Source: Pirellulales bacterium (GTDB lineage: Bacteria > Planctomycetota > Planctomycetia > Pirellulales > UBA1268). Taken from it: DNA of 64,000 bases. The notes beneath the pieces were generated by a model. The model was not told where the DNA came from and ran no database searches. It saw only the letters and a list, made by a program, of their open reading frames with translations. Location of the stretch: the NCBI GenBank assembly GCA_016776925.1, contig JADHSL010000003.1:51412-115411 (forward strand), given 5' to 3'. Shown here piece by piece: positions 31,640-41,678 of this stretch; positions within the stretch are counted from its first letter, which is position 1, and every line of letters begins with the position of its first letter. The translations under genes and the position numbers were made by a program.

Positions 31640-32203
31640 CTACAGCGCTGATTCAATTGCTTGAATTAATGCCGGATCCTCTGGAGCCACGCCTGACTTG
31701 AAACGCCCAACGACTGCTCCATTACGATCAATCAGGAACTTCTCAAAATTCCAACCAACATCACCCGATGGATCAGCAGATTCTGTCAGCGTCTTATAGA
31801 GATCAGCCTTGCCTGAACCCTTCACTGTTATTTTTGAAAACATATCAAATGTAACGCCGTAGTTTTTTGAACAAAATGACGCAATCTCGCTGTTACTTCC
31901 AGGCTCTTGGGCACCGAAATCATTTGCAGGGAATCCAAGAATGACAAAACCTTTGTCCTTAAACGTGTCATATAGTTTTTGCAAACCAGCGTACTGCCGT
32001 GTGTAACCACACTGACTAGCCACATTCACTATAAGTACAACTTTACCACTGTAGTCGCTTAGGTTCTGGTCTGTTCCATCAATTTTCTTCATCGAACCAA
32101 CAAGCGGGGACGCTGCATTACTTGATGCAGACATCGCAACCATTCCGATAACCAAAAGCGCCCCAACAGTAAGTCTCATTACGTACAAGGAAATCATGTG
32201 CAA
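31640..32203 (-). CDS. gpx: Glutathione peroxidase (Cys type) with a signal peptide.
   Basis: VVLIVNVASQCGYTRQY and ILGFPANDFGAQEPG. The catalytic residue is encoded by TGT at 32009-32011. Confidence 0.88.
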   Translation of the reverse strand: MHMISLYVMRLTVGALLVIGMVAMSASSNAASPLVGSMKKIDGTDQNLSDYSGKVVLIVNVASQCGYTRQYAGLQKLYDTFKDKGFVILGFPANDFGAQEPGSNSEIASFCSKNYGVTFDMFSKITVKGSGKADLYKTLTESADPSGDVGWNFEKFLIDRNGAVVGRFKSGVAPEDPALIQAIESAL

Positions 32204-32333
32204 CTCCTTACAATGGTGAGCTCACTTCTTAAAGAACGGTGAAAACCCAATGCAGCCAAAACTTTGTTTTAAAAACTAACTACGATAATTCTATCATAAC
32301 GGAAAGCGAGTAAATGGCCTCCTGAAAATCTGT

Positions 32334-33917
32334 TTATTTGCATGGCCCGGCCCGTATCACCGCCTCATCGGCGTCATCGTTGAACAGAACAAAATTTTCC
32401 CGGAACTTCTCTGCCAGAGTCCCGGCTGCTTCTTCCCAGGCTGTCGCATCCGACCAAGCATTCTGTGGTAGAAGGAGTCGCTCCGAGACACCTGGCACCC
32501 GACAGATCGCCTCGAGTCCAAAAACTGGATCTCGCTGAGTTTGCTCACTGGTCAGTGAGCCAGCATGAATCGCATCAATAATACGTCGAGTGCTTGATAG
32601 ATCAATTCGTCGACCGACTCCTAGCCCTCCTCCAGTCCAGCCGGTATTTACTAGCCAGGCCTGAGCCCCATGACAGCGGATTTTTTCTGACAATAACCGC
32701 GCATAGACTACTGGGTGGCGGACCAGAAACGCGGCACTATAGCATGGCGAGAAAGCAAGCTGAGGCTGAAAAACACCCATTTCTGTTCCTGCAACCCGGG
32801 CTGTATATCCTGACAGAAACTGATACATCGCTTGCTCAGGCGTAAGCCGACTCACTGGTGGCAGCACTCCAGAAGCATCGCACGTTAAGAAAATCACATG
32901 GTTTGGATGACCCGCGAGAGATGGCATCCGAGTATTTTTAATAAATTTGAGAGGATATGCCGCTCTCGTATTTTCTGTTATCGCATTCGAGTTGTAATTT
33001 ACTTCACGCGTTGTTTTATCGTAAACAACATTTTCTAGCACTGTGCCGAATCGAATGGCTCGATAAATGTCAGGCTCTTTATCCAAAGCAAGGCCGATAC
33101 ACTTCGCATAACATCCTCCTTCAATGTTAAAAACACCATTGTCACTCCATCCGTGTTCATCATCGCCGAGAAGCCTTCGAGTTGGATCAGCTGACAGGGT
33201 AGTTTTTCCTGTCCCCGACAAACCAAAAAAAAGAGATACGTCTCCTGACTTTCCCTCATTCGCTGCACAATGCATGGAAAGCACATCTTTGGGTGGCAAC
33301 AACCAATGCATGAGTGTGAACACCCCTTTTTTCATTTCCCCGGCATACTCAGTTCCGAGAATGACCTGTTCTTTCCGTTCAAGTGAAATATCTACACTGG
33401 TACGACTTGTCATCTGTGCCGTCAAGGAATTTGCGGGAAATTGCCCCGCATTGTAGATGACACAATCAGGATCTCCGAAGTTCTCTAGTTCCTCACGTGT
33501 AGGACGAATGAGCATGTTATGCATGAAGAGCGCGTGATAAGCCCTCGCACAGATTACTCGAACTTTGATCTGATGATTTGGATCCCAACCTGCAAACCCA
33601 TCAAAAACATAGATCTGATCTCGTGTATTGAGATAGTCAATTGCCCGCTGGCGATTCAAAAGGAATGTGTGCTCTTCAATAGGATGATTCGTACTTCCCC
33701 ACCACACATCCTTCTCTGAATCTTCATGCCGAACGATATGCTTGTCCTTTGGACTTCTTCCAGTTTTTGCACCAGATCGTATTGCAATAGCACCGCTTGA
33801 GACAACGCCTGCCTTCTCTCGAGTCAGAGCATCTTCGTACAATCGTGCGGGCGATGCATTTCGTACCACAACAGGTACGGTTATTTCTTGTGGGCTTAAA
33901 TCTACGTGAATTGACAC
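32334..33917 (-). CDS. pckA: Phosphoenolpyruvate carboxykinase (ATP).
   Basis: FFGLSGTGKTTLSADP kinase-1a motif and GGCYAKCIGL. 527 aa. Confidence 0.93.
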   Translation of the reverse strand: MSIHVDLSPQEITVPVVVRNASPARLYEDALTREKAGVVSSGAIAIRSGAKTGRSPKDKHIVRHEDSEKDVWWGSTNHPIEEHTFLLNRQRAIDYLNTRDQIYVFDGFAGWDPNHQIKVRVICARAYHALFMHNMLIRPTREELENFGDPDCVIYNAGQFPANSLTAQMTSRTSVDISLERKEQVILGTEYAGEMKKGVFTLMHWLLPPKDVLSMHCAANEGKSGDVSLFFGLSGTGKTTLSADPTRRLLGDDEHGWSDNGVFNIEGGCYAKCIGLALDKEPDIYRAIRFGTVLENVVYDKTTREVNYNSNAITENTRAAYPLKFIKNTRMPSLAGHPNHVIFLTCDASGVLPPVSRLTPEQAMYQFLSGYTARVAGTEMGVFQPQLAFSPCYSAAFLVRHPVVYARLLSEKIRCHGAQAWLVNTGWTGGGLGVGRRIDLSSTRRIIDAIHAGSLTSEQTQRDPVFGLEAICRVPGVSERLLLPQNAWSDATAWEEAAGTLAEKFRENFVLFNDDADEAVIRAGPCK

Positions 33918-33998
33918 GCTTCACTCCAGCGACAGTCCATTTATTTCAGAAATCAGACACGAGTTTCTCCTCATACTCATGCCGATTAGTGTACCTAC

Positions 33999-34613
33999 TT
34001 ACACAACGCCAACAGCCAAAATAAAAGATACCAGAAGGATGCAGCACCCTACAGCAAGTATGACCATCCCTACTGGGCTCGGCTGCACTCGTAAACGCCG
34101 AGACATCCTTCTTAAACGGCGGCTCAGGTCAGTCCATGCTTCACCTGCTTCACCTGCTTGTAGGACCACTACACTCACGGTGCGCAACGGCCCGTTCCCC
34201 TCGACATGTGCCTGCAGTCCAAGCGTTGGCAAGGCGACACTCTCTCCCGCCCATCGAACTGCGGGGTCAACCGCAGCTGCATTCTGCACAACAAGAGGTC
34301 GAACCTGCTCAACTGTTGCGTTGTAAATCAGCAATCGTGGTCTCGCAAAAAGGATGCATACTGCAACAACCAAGGCATACAAGAGAAGCAAGATAACCTC
34401 ACCCCAAGGTGACCCACCTAATAACGGCTGAATCGCGGCGAGTGGCCCTACTGCCACAAGACCTGAGAGGGCAGTACCGAGCAGTGCACTATCCCACGCT
34501 GCGGACATAACAAGAGGCCGATGACGAAGTTGCAGCCCACCCATTACGCAACAGTAAACTCCCAATGGCACCAAAGCGATCCAAAAGGGAAGACTTTCAA
34601 GCCAGAAACTCAT
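33999..34613 (-). CDS. Hypothetical polytopic membrane protein.
   Basis: At least four hydrophobic helices. No recognisable motif. Confidence 0.45.
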   Translation of the reverse strand: MSFWLESLPFWIALVPLGVYCCVMGGLQLRHRPLVMSAAWDSALLGTALSGLVAVGPLAAIQPLLGGSPWGEVILLLLYALVVAVCILFARPRLLIYNATVEQVRPLVVQNAAAVDPAVRWAGESVALPTLGLQAHVEGNGPLRTVSVVVLQAGEAGEAWTDLSRRLRRMSRRLRVQPSPVGMVILAVGCCILLVSFILAVGVV

Positions 34614-34772
34614 GACGCGTCCTCGTTGGAAGCAGGAAGTGGCAATTTCTTAAACTGCTAAAGAAAAGCCATGCCGCACATGACAAGTAACCATACTATC
34701 TCAATGACAGCCATCAAAATGAAGAAGGCATATTTTCGTTGCGTTGCTAGCACCAATTTCTTTGCTCTTTCA

Positions 34773-35210
34773 TCAAAGTGAATCTGGCAAGGCAAAGACA
34801 ATGTCCCTAACAAACGCGTCCTCGAAGCTGTACACGTCATGAAAGTCTTCACGACGGTCGTCACTGGTTTTTCTCATTTGGCCCATGTCAATCATGTTGA
34901 ACACTATTTCACCAATGTCAGCGGTAGCACAAATGCCCCAGGAAGACAGTACTTTTGTTGCTAAATATCCATATTGCTGCTGTGCATATTGCCGAGCGGC
35001 TTCACACAGTTCTTGCCCACTCACATGCTTTTCACTTTTCATTTTTTTTTGAGCTGCCTGCACATCCTTCGATTTTTCCTGCTCACCCATTCCAAGAGAC
35101 TCTTGTGCAAAAGAAAGGGCTTCGAGAACGAACAGGTATGCATCCAGAGAATATCTCTGATCTCGTTCGAGCAGGTCTGCCAGCGGATGATTAGGATCAA
35201 TAAGAGGCAT
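34773..35210 (-). CDS. Conserved hypothetical protein, possibly Minf_1886/TIGR04138-like.
   Basis: YSLDAYLFVLEALSFAQ...HVSGQELCEAARQYAQQQYGYLATKVLSSWGI...IGEIVFNMIDMGQMRKT resembles that family from memory. I could not run a search. Confidence 0.45.
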   Translation of the reverse strand: MPLIDPNHPLADLLERDQRYSLDAYLFVLEALSFAQESLGMGEQEKSKDVQAAQKKMKSEKHVSGQELCEAARQYAQQQYGYLATKVLSSWGICATADIGEIVFNMIDMGQMRKTSDDRREDFHDVYSFEDAFVRDIVFALPDSL

Positions 35211-35292
35211 GTGTTTCTCGCATAGCGGTAATAGCTGTTACGAGTATAGCACATAGACCCTGGAGTCATCTGGCAGAACGCTCCAGATACAA

Positions 35293-36192
35293 TCAACTCC
35301 CGGGAGCCTGCTCTTCTATAAATGTGTATCCCAGCGGAGTGAGAGGCTTGGAAAAATCACGAATCAGATCGAGCCCACGATCTATGAGGCTCGTCCGTGG
35401 ATCAAACTGATAGACATCTCGGTCTTGGCCACCTGGCTTAAATACCTGAATTGCAAACGGCATCAGGTCAGTGGCCCTGAGAATGAGTTCCACTTTTGAG
35501 AAATTTGCAGCATCAACTTGAAATTTAGGCAGCGCCTCAAGCCATATTTGGTCAGTTACTGATGGTGGGGTAATAATTCGCATTGAATACCGCTTCTTCA
35601 GAGTGTCTGCCTTCGCACCAAAAACAAACGGGAGAGGACCTTCACTAATTGCCCGTCCTCGCATTTCAGGTGGCAGCTTTGTTTCACGAAGCTGCCGCTC
35701 ACTGTGCCGAAACTCATAGATACTCGTACCGTTGCAGACCCAGTGCTCACCAGAATTTGAAGGCCTGGTATCGTATGTTCTTTTTTCAGAATTCCATTGC
35801 TTTGATGATTTCACTCGAAAGAGACCTTTATCAGGAGCAGCGTATTTGATTTCCCCTGTACTTTCAGAAAATGCTAGTCGTTCCCCTGAAGCATCCGCTG
35901 GGCTCCAGGCGTTATACTCCCATTTATAAAAAGTGCATGACCAGGTCGTCACCTTCGCATTTCGAGCTTCCCATCCGACCAATAATTGTTCGAGTGCCGC
36001 TCGTTGCTCAGGACTCAGTGTTGAAGCCTGATTCTGACTCAAGGGCTGGGCAACTTGTTGCTGTGAAAAGCTTTCTGGTTGACCAAAAACTACAACCGTG
36101 ACTACGAATACCCAGCGACACAGCGCGCCTGACCTCACCCTGCGGGGGGTGTTACGTTGTTGATCAGAAGGGCCAGTCCGGACTAGATGCAC
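35293..36192 (-). CDS. Secreted hypothetical protein, possibly with a LolA-like fold.
   Basis: Hydrophobic N-terminus (WVFVVTVVVFG) and a beta-rich body. It resembles planctomycete-specific uncharacterised domains, but I have no firm assignment. Confidence 0.4.
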   Translation of the reverse strand: MHLVRTGPSDQQRNTPRRVRSGALCRWVFVVTVVVFGQPESFSQQQVAQPLSQNQASTLSPEQRAALEQLLVGWEARNAKVTTWSCTFYKWEYNAWSPADASGERLAFSESTGEIKYAAPDKGLFRVKSSKQWNSEKRTYDTRPSNSGEHWVCNGTSIYEFRHSERQLRETKLPPEMRGRAISEGPLPFVFGAKADTLKKRYSMRIITPPSVTDQIWLEALPKFQVDAANFSKVELILRATDLMPFAIQVFKPGGQDRDVYQFDPRTSLIDRGLDLIRDFSKPLTPLGYTFIEEQAPGS

Positions 36193-36285
36193 ATCAAACT
36201 CCTCAATGATTTCTAGGACAGTAGCAATCTACCCAAGCAATCGCGAGGCCTTTTTCAGGGCACAAATTGTCCCTATCACGGGATT

Positions 36286-38370
36286 TCACCACTGAATGTC
36301 ACGGGCAGACGCATTCTTCCGTAACTCTTGTAACTCGCGGGAAAAGCCACCGGAAAGAATTGGGAATCGACACCAGGATTTCGGATCAAGGCTTTCGTCA
36401 TCAAGATGAAAAGACGGCGCTAATCGCTCACGTTTCCACTGATTCCGTGACCACAACAGAAAAAAACGTTCCGTCCAATAACCTAATCTCTCAGCATCGT
36501 GCTGAGGAAATTCATTTATCAGTTGCTCCCAAATCACAACGGGCATCTGTTGATCACGAATTGCAAATCTTTCAATTCGATCGAGCACGTCATAAGGCAT
36601 TAGATCAGACTCATCAGTCTGCCCATCATGAGTTGGCCTCAATTCAGCGGTTGGCTGTTGCTTGTTGATTGCTCCCATAGTAGAGAGCGGCCCAACGTCC
36701 TGAGGGCCCTCATGTTCAATCCAAGTAAGCCATTCTCGGAGAAACGCTTTGTCTATACCTGCGATTGGTGCTATTCCGCCAGCGGTGTCTCCATCCATGG
36801 TTGCATAGCCAACGGCAGCTTCTGATCGATTGCTTGTTGCAACAAGCATCGCATTATAAAGATTTGCCAACAGCCAAACTCCAGGCGCTCGCACCCTGGC
36901 CTGAATATTCTGTCGGGCAATATCGTCGCTCTCCCAACTAAGTTTTCTACCAATGACTGCCTCTGCAAGTTCTTCGTATTTTTGCACCAGTGATTCGACA
37001 TCGAATTCATGGAACTTTGCTCCAACGGCAGACGCGATTCCGCGCGCCGCTTCTCTGGTTGTCGTACTGGAATTTACCGTTGATTGGTAAACGCACGTGA
37101 GTACTTCAGCAACAATTGCTTGAACGCTTGGATCTGAATAACTACTCCCCGATAGCTTGCGGAGATTGGAAACTACGGCATCACCAAGGCCGAGCCTCTT
37201 TACAGCATCAGATCCGTGTTCCCGGGCAATCATTGCAATCCCGATTGCAACCAGGCAAATAACTGCTGAGGAATCTGCACCACCGCTTGCACTTACAACA
37301 AAACCACGACTTCTACTTTTCCTTAAACTATCCATCAGTCCAAGGGATACCGCCCGTGTAAATTCTTCTTTCTTACGAATGCCTGGCTCCTGGCTACGCT
37401 CCCACTCATCTCGACTGTCTCCGCCACACGATGGGTCACAAGGTGAAAGAGGAGGGAACATGAAATCGTGCGATATCACATCACAATGATCTGGAAGACT
37501 CGTATGGGAAATACTTCTCGCCTGAATAAGGCGTATTGCATCAATATCAACATCACCATCAACAACGGAAACATCTGCGAACGAGAACCGTCCACCACGA
37601 GCCACAAGACCAGAAGGATCAGCAATCAGCGTACTGCCGTCGTAGACAATACGACCGGACTCGTTCCCTAGTAGATTGGCCAGTACATACGCAGAAGCGA
37701 AGGCACGAGCCCCCTCTAAGACAAATCGTCTACGAATCTCATCTTTACCAAAAGCAAAATGACTGGCAGATGGATTCAAAATAACATCAACTCCACGGGC
37801 AGCAAGTCGGGCACCTGGCCGATCCGCAACCCACGCGTCTTCGCATATCTCAAAACCGATTCGAACTCCACCACAACTGAATCGCAGATCACCAAAAGGC
37901 AATTGACGCCCAGCCACCGTGACCACATCCTGACGTCCCGATGGCCAGCGACGGAACCAACGAGGCTCATAATGGAGACCGTCACCAGCTAAGTGCTGCT
38001 TCGCAGAAATTCCGAGAAGTTCACCGTCAACGAGTAAAGCAACCCCGTCGTACACACCACTAGCCCACCGCACTGGCAAGCCAACCGCCAGAACAAGCCC
38101 CCGGCTGACCGGCTCGAGCTCGTGTAACATGTCCATAGCTGTTGAAAGGACGCCAGATGAATGGAACGCATCTTCGCAACCATAGCCACTGATACAAAGT
38201 TCTGGGCAACAAAGAATTGAAATCTGACGACGACGAGCCTCCTCGCACGCCGATGCGATCCGGCTGATATTGCCTTCCCAGTCCAATGGTGTTTGATTCA
38301 GGGCAGCCGCCCCAAGACGAATGAGTTGCACGTTTTGCTCAACTGCTCTCTGGCACAGTCGACTCCTCAA
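36286..38370 (-). CDS. nadE: Glutamine-dependent NAD+ synthetase.
   Basis: N-terminal CN-hydrolase domain (FEICEDAW) plus a C-terminal NAD synthetase PP-loop (VVSASGGADSS). An alternative GTG start at 38331 would remove the 32-nt overlap with speA. Confidence 0.9.
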   Translation of the reverse strand: MRSRLCQRAVEQNVQLIRLGAAALNQTPLDWEGNISRIASACEEARRRQISILCCPELCISGYGCEDAFHSSGVLSTAMDMLHELEPVSRGLVLAVGLPVRWASGVYDGVALLVDGELLGISAKQHLAGDGLHYEPRWFRRWPSGRQDVVTVAGRQLPFGDLRFSCGGVRIGFEICEDAWVADRPGARLAARGVDVILNPSASHFAFGKDEIRRRFVLEGARAFASAYVLANLLGNESGRIVYDGSTLIADPSGLVARGGRFSFADVSVVDGDVDIDAIRLIQARSISHTSLPDHCDVISHDFMFPPLSPCDPSCGGDSRDEWERSQEPGIRKKEEFTRAVSLGLMDSLRKSRSRGFVVSASGGADSSAVICLVAIGIAMIAREHGSDAVKRLGLGDAVVSNLRKLSGSSYSDPSVQAIVAEVLTCVYQSTVNSSTTTREAARGIASAVGAKFHEFDVESLVQKYEELAEAVIGRKLSWESDDIARQNIQARVRAPGVWLLANLYNAMLVATSNRSEAAVGYATMDGDTAGGIAPIAGIDKAFLREWLTWIEHEGPQDVGPLSTMGAINKQQPTAELRPTHDGQTDESDLMPYDVLDRIERFAIRDQQMPVVIWEQLINEFPQHDAERLGYWTERFFLLWSRNQWKRERLAPSFHLDDESLDPKSWCRFPILSGGFSRELQELRKNASARDIQW

Positions 38371-40270
38371 GATAGGTATAGCCTCCTAGGCCATCTTCAT
38401 AAAACCGAATAAAACGACCTGCCTGTCCATCACTTATCAAGCCATCACGAACAGCCTCTTCAATTGAACATCGAAGATTTTTTGCCAGTTCTTCAGGATT
38501 AAACTCGACATACTGGAGCACCTGGCTCACGGTATCTCCTTTTACAACTGTATCAACGGCGACTCTTCCGTGTTCGTCCGAGCTAATATGAACAGCGTGG
38601 GTATCCCCAAAGAGGTTATGTAGGTCTCCAAGAATTTCTTGGTAAGCACCGACAAGAAAAGCACCAAGATAGTACGGCTCATTCCTGAGCGAGTGCAAGG
38701 GAAGCGACCGCTTCACATCACGACGATCTATAAACTGCTCAATCTTACCATCAGAATCGCAGGTCACGTCTCCAAGCACTGCCGAGCAATCGGGACGCTC
38801 ATGCAATCGGTGAATTGGCATCAGAGGGAAAAGTTGCTTTATTGCCCATGAATCAGGAATTGACTGAAACAATGAAAAATTACAGAAGTATGTATCACAA
38901 AGATTCGGTGAAATTGCCTCAATTTCTTCTGGGACATATTCGAGCTGTTTCGCAAGCTTGTTAATCTTTTGACAAATCGACCAATAAACTTGTTCCACAA
39001 TTGCCCGCTGATCGAGTGGCAAATAACCACTCGCAAACAAATTCATTGCGGTATCGAGTGATTGCTGAGCATCATGGTATGACTCAAGTAAATTCCTGAC
39101 AGTAAGGCCTTCAAGAGTCTCAAGCAGGTCCTGCACAGGCTGCTCTACACTCGGCGATGGCTGCCCAATGGGTTCATGGCCTGCTTGTTCCGAAACACCC
39201 AGAACACTGAACACCAGCATGCTGTGGTATGCAACCACGGCCCGCCCACTTTCCGACATTATGGCCGGATGTTCAACACCCGCATCGTCGCAAACATTCT
39301 GAATATGAGAGACAACATCATTCGCGTACTCTTGAAGACTGTAGTTTACACTCGACTCAAAATTCGTTTGCGACCCATCGTAGTCAACGCCTAAGCCGCC
39401 GCCAACATCGAGGAATTTCAAACCCGCACCACGTTTTACAAGTTCAACATACACGCGAGCCGACTCATTCAGTGCTGCTTTGATATGTCGAATATTTGTT
39501 ATCTGACTACCTTGATGAAAGTGCAACAACTGAAAACAATCACACATATCACGGTCAGCCAGGAGATCGACTCCCTTCATAAGCTCAGAGACACTTAATC
39601 CAAATTTACTCCGAAACCCAGCAGAGGCATGCCATCGACCACTTCCTACGGTCGCCAACTTCATTCGCATCCCAATATTCGGCCGAACACCAATTCTTTC
39701 AGCACAGTCCAAGATTTGTGCAAGTTCAGAGAACCTCTCCACTACTGGAATGATGTTCCGCCCAATTTTTTGGGCAAGCATGACCATCTCTATAAACTCT
39801 GCGTCTTTAAAGCCATTACAGATAATTGGGGTCTCGTTGTCTGCTAATGCGATAACCGCAAGCAACTCCGGCTTACTACCTGCCTCAAGCCCGAATTGGT
39901 ACGGACGACCAAATCGCAAGACTTCTTCGACGACCTGTCGCTGCTGATTTACTTTAATCGGGTAGATACAACAGTAGTCACCCCGGTAGCTACTTTCTTT
40001 CATTGAAGAGGAAAAGGCTTGATGAATTTCTTGAAGCCTATGCTGCAGAATTTCCCCGAATCGCAGCAGGATCGGGAGATCAATACCTCGTACCTGGAGT
40101 CGATCGATGAGTTTTTTTAAATCAACGTGCCGCTTGGGATTTCTATCTGGATGAACAAGTAGGTTGCCATTATCTGCAATCGAGAAATAACCATTCCCCC
40201 AACGTGTAACCTCGTAGAGATCTGTAGAATCGGCAACAGACCAATTCTCACGTTCGAGATCAACAGCCAT
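38339..40270 (-). CDS. speA: Biosynthetic arginine decarboxylase.
   Basis: YCCIYPIKVNQQRQVVEEV, FLDVGGGLGVDYDG and a typical length of 643 aa. Confidence 0.9.
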   Translation of the reverse strand: MAVDLERENWSVADSTDLYEVTRWGNGYFSIADNGNLLVHPDRNPKRHVDLKKLIDRLQVRGIDLPILLRFGEILQHRLQEIHQAFSSSMKESSYRGDYCCIYPIKVNQQRQVVEEVLRFGRPYQFGLEAGSKPELLAVIALADNETPIICNGFKDAEFIEMVMLAQKIGRNIIPVVERFSELAQILDCAERIGVRPNIGMRMKLATVGSGRWHASAGFRSKFGLSVSELMKGVDLLADRDMCDCFQLLHFHQGSQITNIRHIKAALNESARVYVELVKRGAGLKFLDVGGGLGVDYDGSQTNFESSVNYSLQEYANDVVSHIQNVCDDAGVEHPAIMSESGRAVVAYHSMLVFSVLGVSEQAGHEPIGQPSPSVEQPVQDLLETLEGLTVRNLLESYHDAQQSLDTAMNLFASGYLPLDQRAIVEQVYWSICQKINKLAKQLEYVPEEIEAISPNLCDTYFCNFSLFQSIPDSWAIKQLFPLMPIHRLHERPDCSAVLGDVTCDSDGKIEQFIDRRDVKRSLPLHSLRNEPYYLGAFLVGAYQEILGDLHNLFGDTHAVHISSDEHGRVAVDTVVKGDTVSQVLQYVEFNPEELAKNLRCSIEEAVRDGLISDGQAGRFIRFYEDGLGGYTYLEESTVPESS

Positions 40271-40375
40271 GGCATCCTCACAGAGTTCCAGAAAAACGAG
40301 TACGGCGCGACAAGTCTAGCCTGCCTAGGATCTTGAGCCACTTCGTAGGCTCATTCTAGGACGTTTTCCACTTTT

Positions 40376-41662
40376 TTAGCTGAAGAGACCTGGAATAACC
40401 TGGCCGCCATTTGCAATCTTCATTGGTCGACCGTTTTTTGCACGAAATGTTGTCTCAAGGGAAATATCGAGTGCTTTTAGAACACTCGTCATCAAGTCCT
40501 GAGACGAGTACGGTTCGCTGGCGACCTCCCGACCATCAGCACTTGTTTCCCCCACTACAACGCCACGATTAAAACCAGCCCCACCAACAACAGCACTCCA
40601 ACTTCGGGCCCAGTGATCACGGCCACCATTTCCATTGATTGTTGGTGTTCTTCCGAATTCACCCATCCAAATTACAGCAGTCGTATCTAAAATGCCACGA
40701 TCAGCAAGGTCAGCGATTAATGCACTCATGGCTCTATCGAGATTTGGCAATCTTTGGTCAGCCAGTGTTCCAAAAATATTGCTGTGATTATCCCAACCAC
40801 CAAGATTGACTTCAACAAAAGGTACCCCAACCTCCACCAATCGCCGGGCCATCAAACAACCCCGCCCAAAATCTGTCTCTCCGTATCTCTCTTGCACAGA
40901 TGCTGGCTCCTCTGACACCTGGAACGCCGCCAGCTGGCTGCTTGACATGAGTTGAACCGACTTGCCAACAACTTCACGGTGATCTTCTGGTAACTGGCCT
41001 CTCCTTTCCTGAATAAATCGGTTCTCAATGGCTGCAAGCATCTGCAGCCTACTGACAAGCCGCTCTTGAGACACTGATGACTCGAGGTTCTTCACATCCC
41101 CTTGAGAACTGACAACGAATGGTGCCCACGTTGTGCCAAGAAAACCTGGGCCAACACTACCGCCACCAACTGAAACAAAAGGTGGGATTTCGAGTGATGG
41201 TACTGCCGTTGCTAATTCATGAGCAATCAGTGACCCATAACCAGGATGCTCTACATTTGGATTTGGAACAAACCCGGTATGCATGTAGTAACGCCCTCTT
41301 TGATGATCAGCTTCACGAGTACTCATCGAACGAACAATTGCAAGATGGTGCATTTGCTTTGCCGTCATTGGCATATGTTCGCTGATCGCAATACCGTCAA
41401 CAGATGTTGAAATCTGTTGAAATGGTCCACCTGTTGCCTGACCTGGTTTGAGATCCCAGATATCCATGGTGCTTGGACCTCCACCCATCCACAGAAGGAT
41501 CGCAGACTTATGCTGTTTTTTTAGCTCCTCGGCATTGGCAAGCAACGAATTCGTAAATGATGTAAAGGGAGTTGATAGCGCTGCCAATCCACCGAGATGT
41601 GAGAGAAAATGCCTGCGGCTTCTCTGCACACATGTTTCAGAGCGATAACTTTTCTTATCCAT
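40376..41662 (-). CDS. DUF1501 domain protein (sulfatase/phosphatase-like fold) with a Tat signal.
   Basis: Twin-arginine N-terminus SRRHFLSHLGGLAALS. Family-typical LLWMGGGPSTMDIWDLKPG, GGWDNHSN and GEFGRTPTINGNGGRDHW. Confidence 0.85.
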   Translation of the reverse strand: MDKKSYRSETCVQRSRRHFLSHLGGLAALSTPFTSFTNSLLANAEELKKQHKSAILLWMGGGPSTMDIWDLKPGQATGGPFQQISTSVDGIAISEHMPMTAKQMHHLAIVRSMSTREADHQRGRYYMHTGFVPNPNVEHPGYGSLIAHELATAVPSLEIPPFVSVGGGSVGPGFLGTTWAPFVVSSQGDVKNLESSVSQERLVSRLQMLAAIENRFIQERRGQLPEDHREVVGKSVQLMSSSQLAAFQVSEEPASVQERYGETDFGRGCLMARRLVEVGVPFVEVNLGGWDNHSNIFGTLADQRLPNLDRAMSALIADLADRGILDTTAVIWMGEFGRTPTINGNGGRDHWARSWSAVVGGAGFNRGVVVGETSADGREVASEPYSSQDLMTSVLKALDISLETTFRAKNGRPMKIANGGQVIPGLFS

Positions 41663-41678
41663 AGAACACCCGCCCCTG

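Noticed and set aside
32009-32011. Possible selenocysteine (TGA) recoding at the glutathione peroxidase active site.
   Set aside because: The catalytic codon is TGT (Cys) and the ORF is uninterrupted.
38339-38370. The 32-nt overlap of the nadE start with the speA end, and the TTGA overlap of tgt and hppA at 19953-19956.
   Set aside because: The nadE overlap disappears if the in-frame GTG at 38331 is used. Four-nucleotide start/stop overlaps are ordinary translational coupling.
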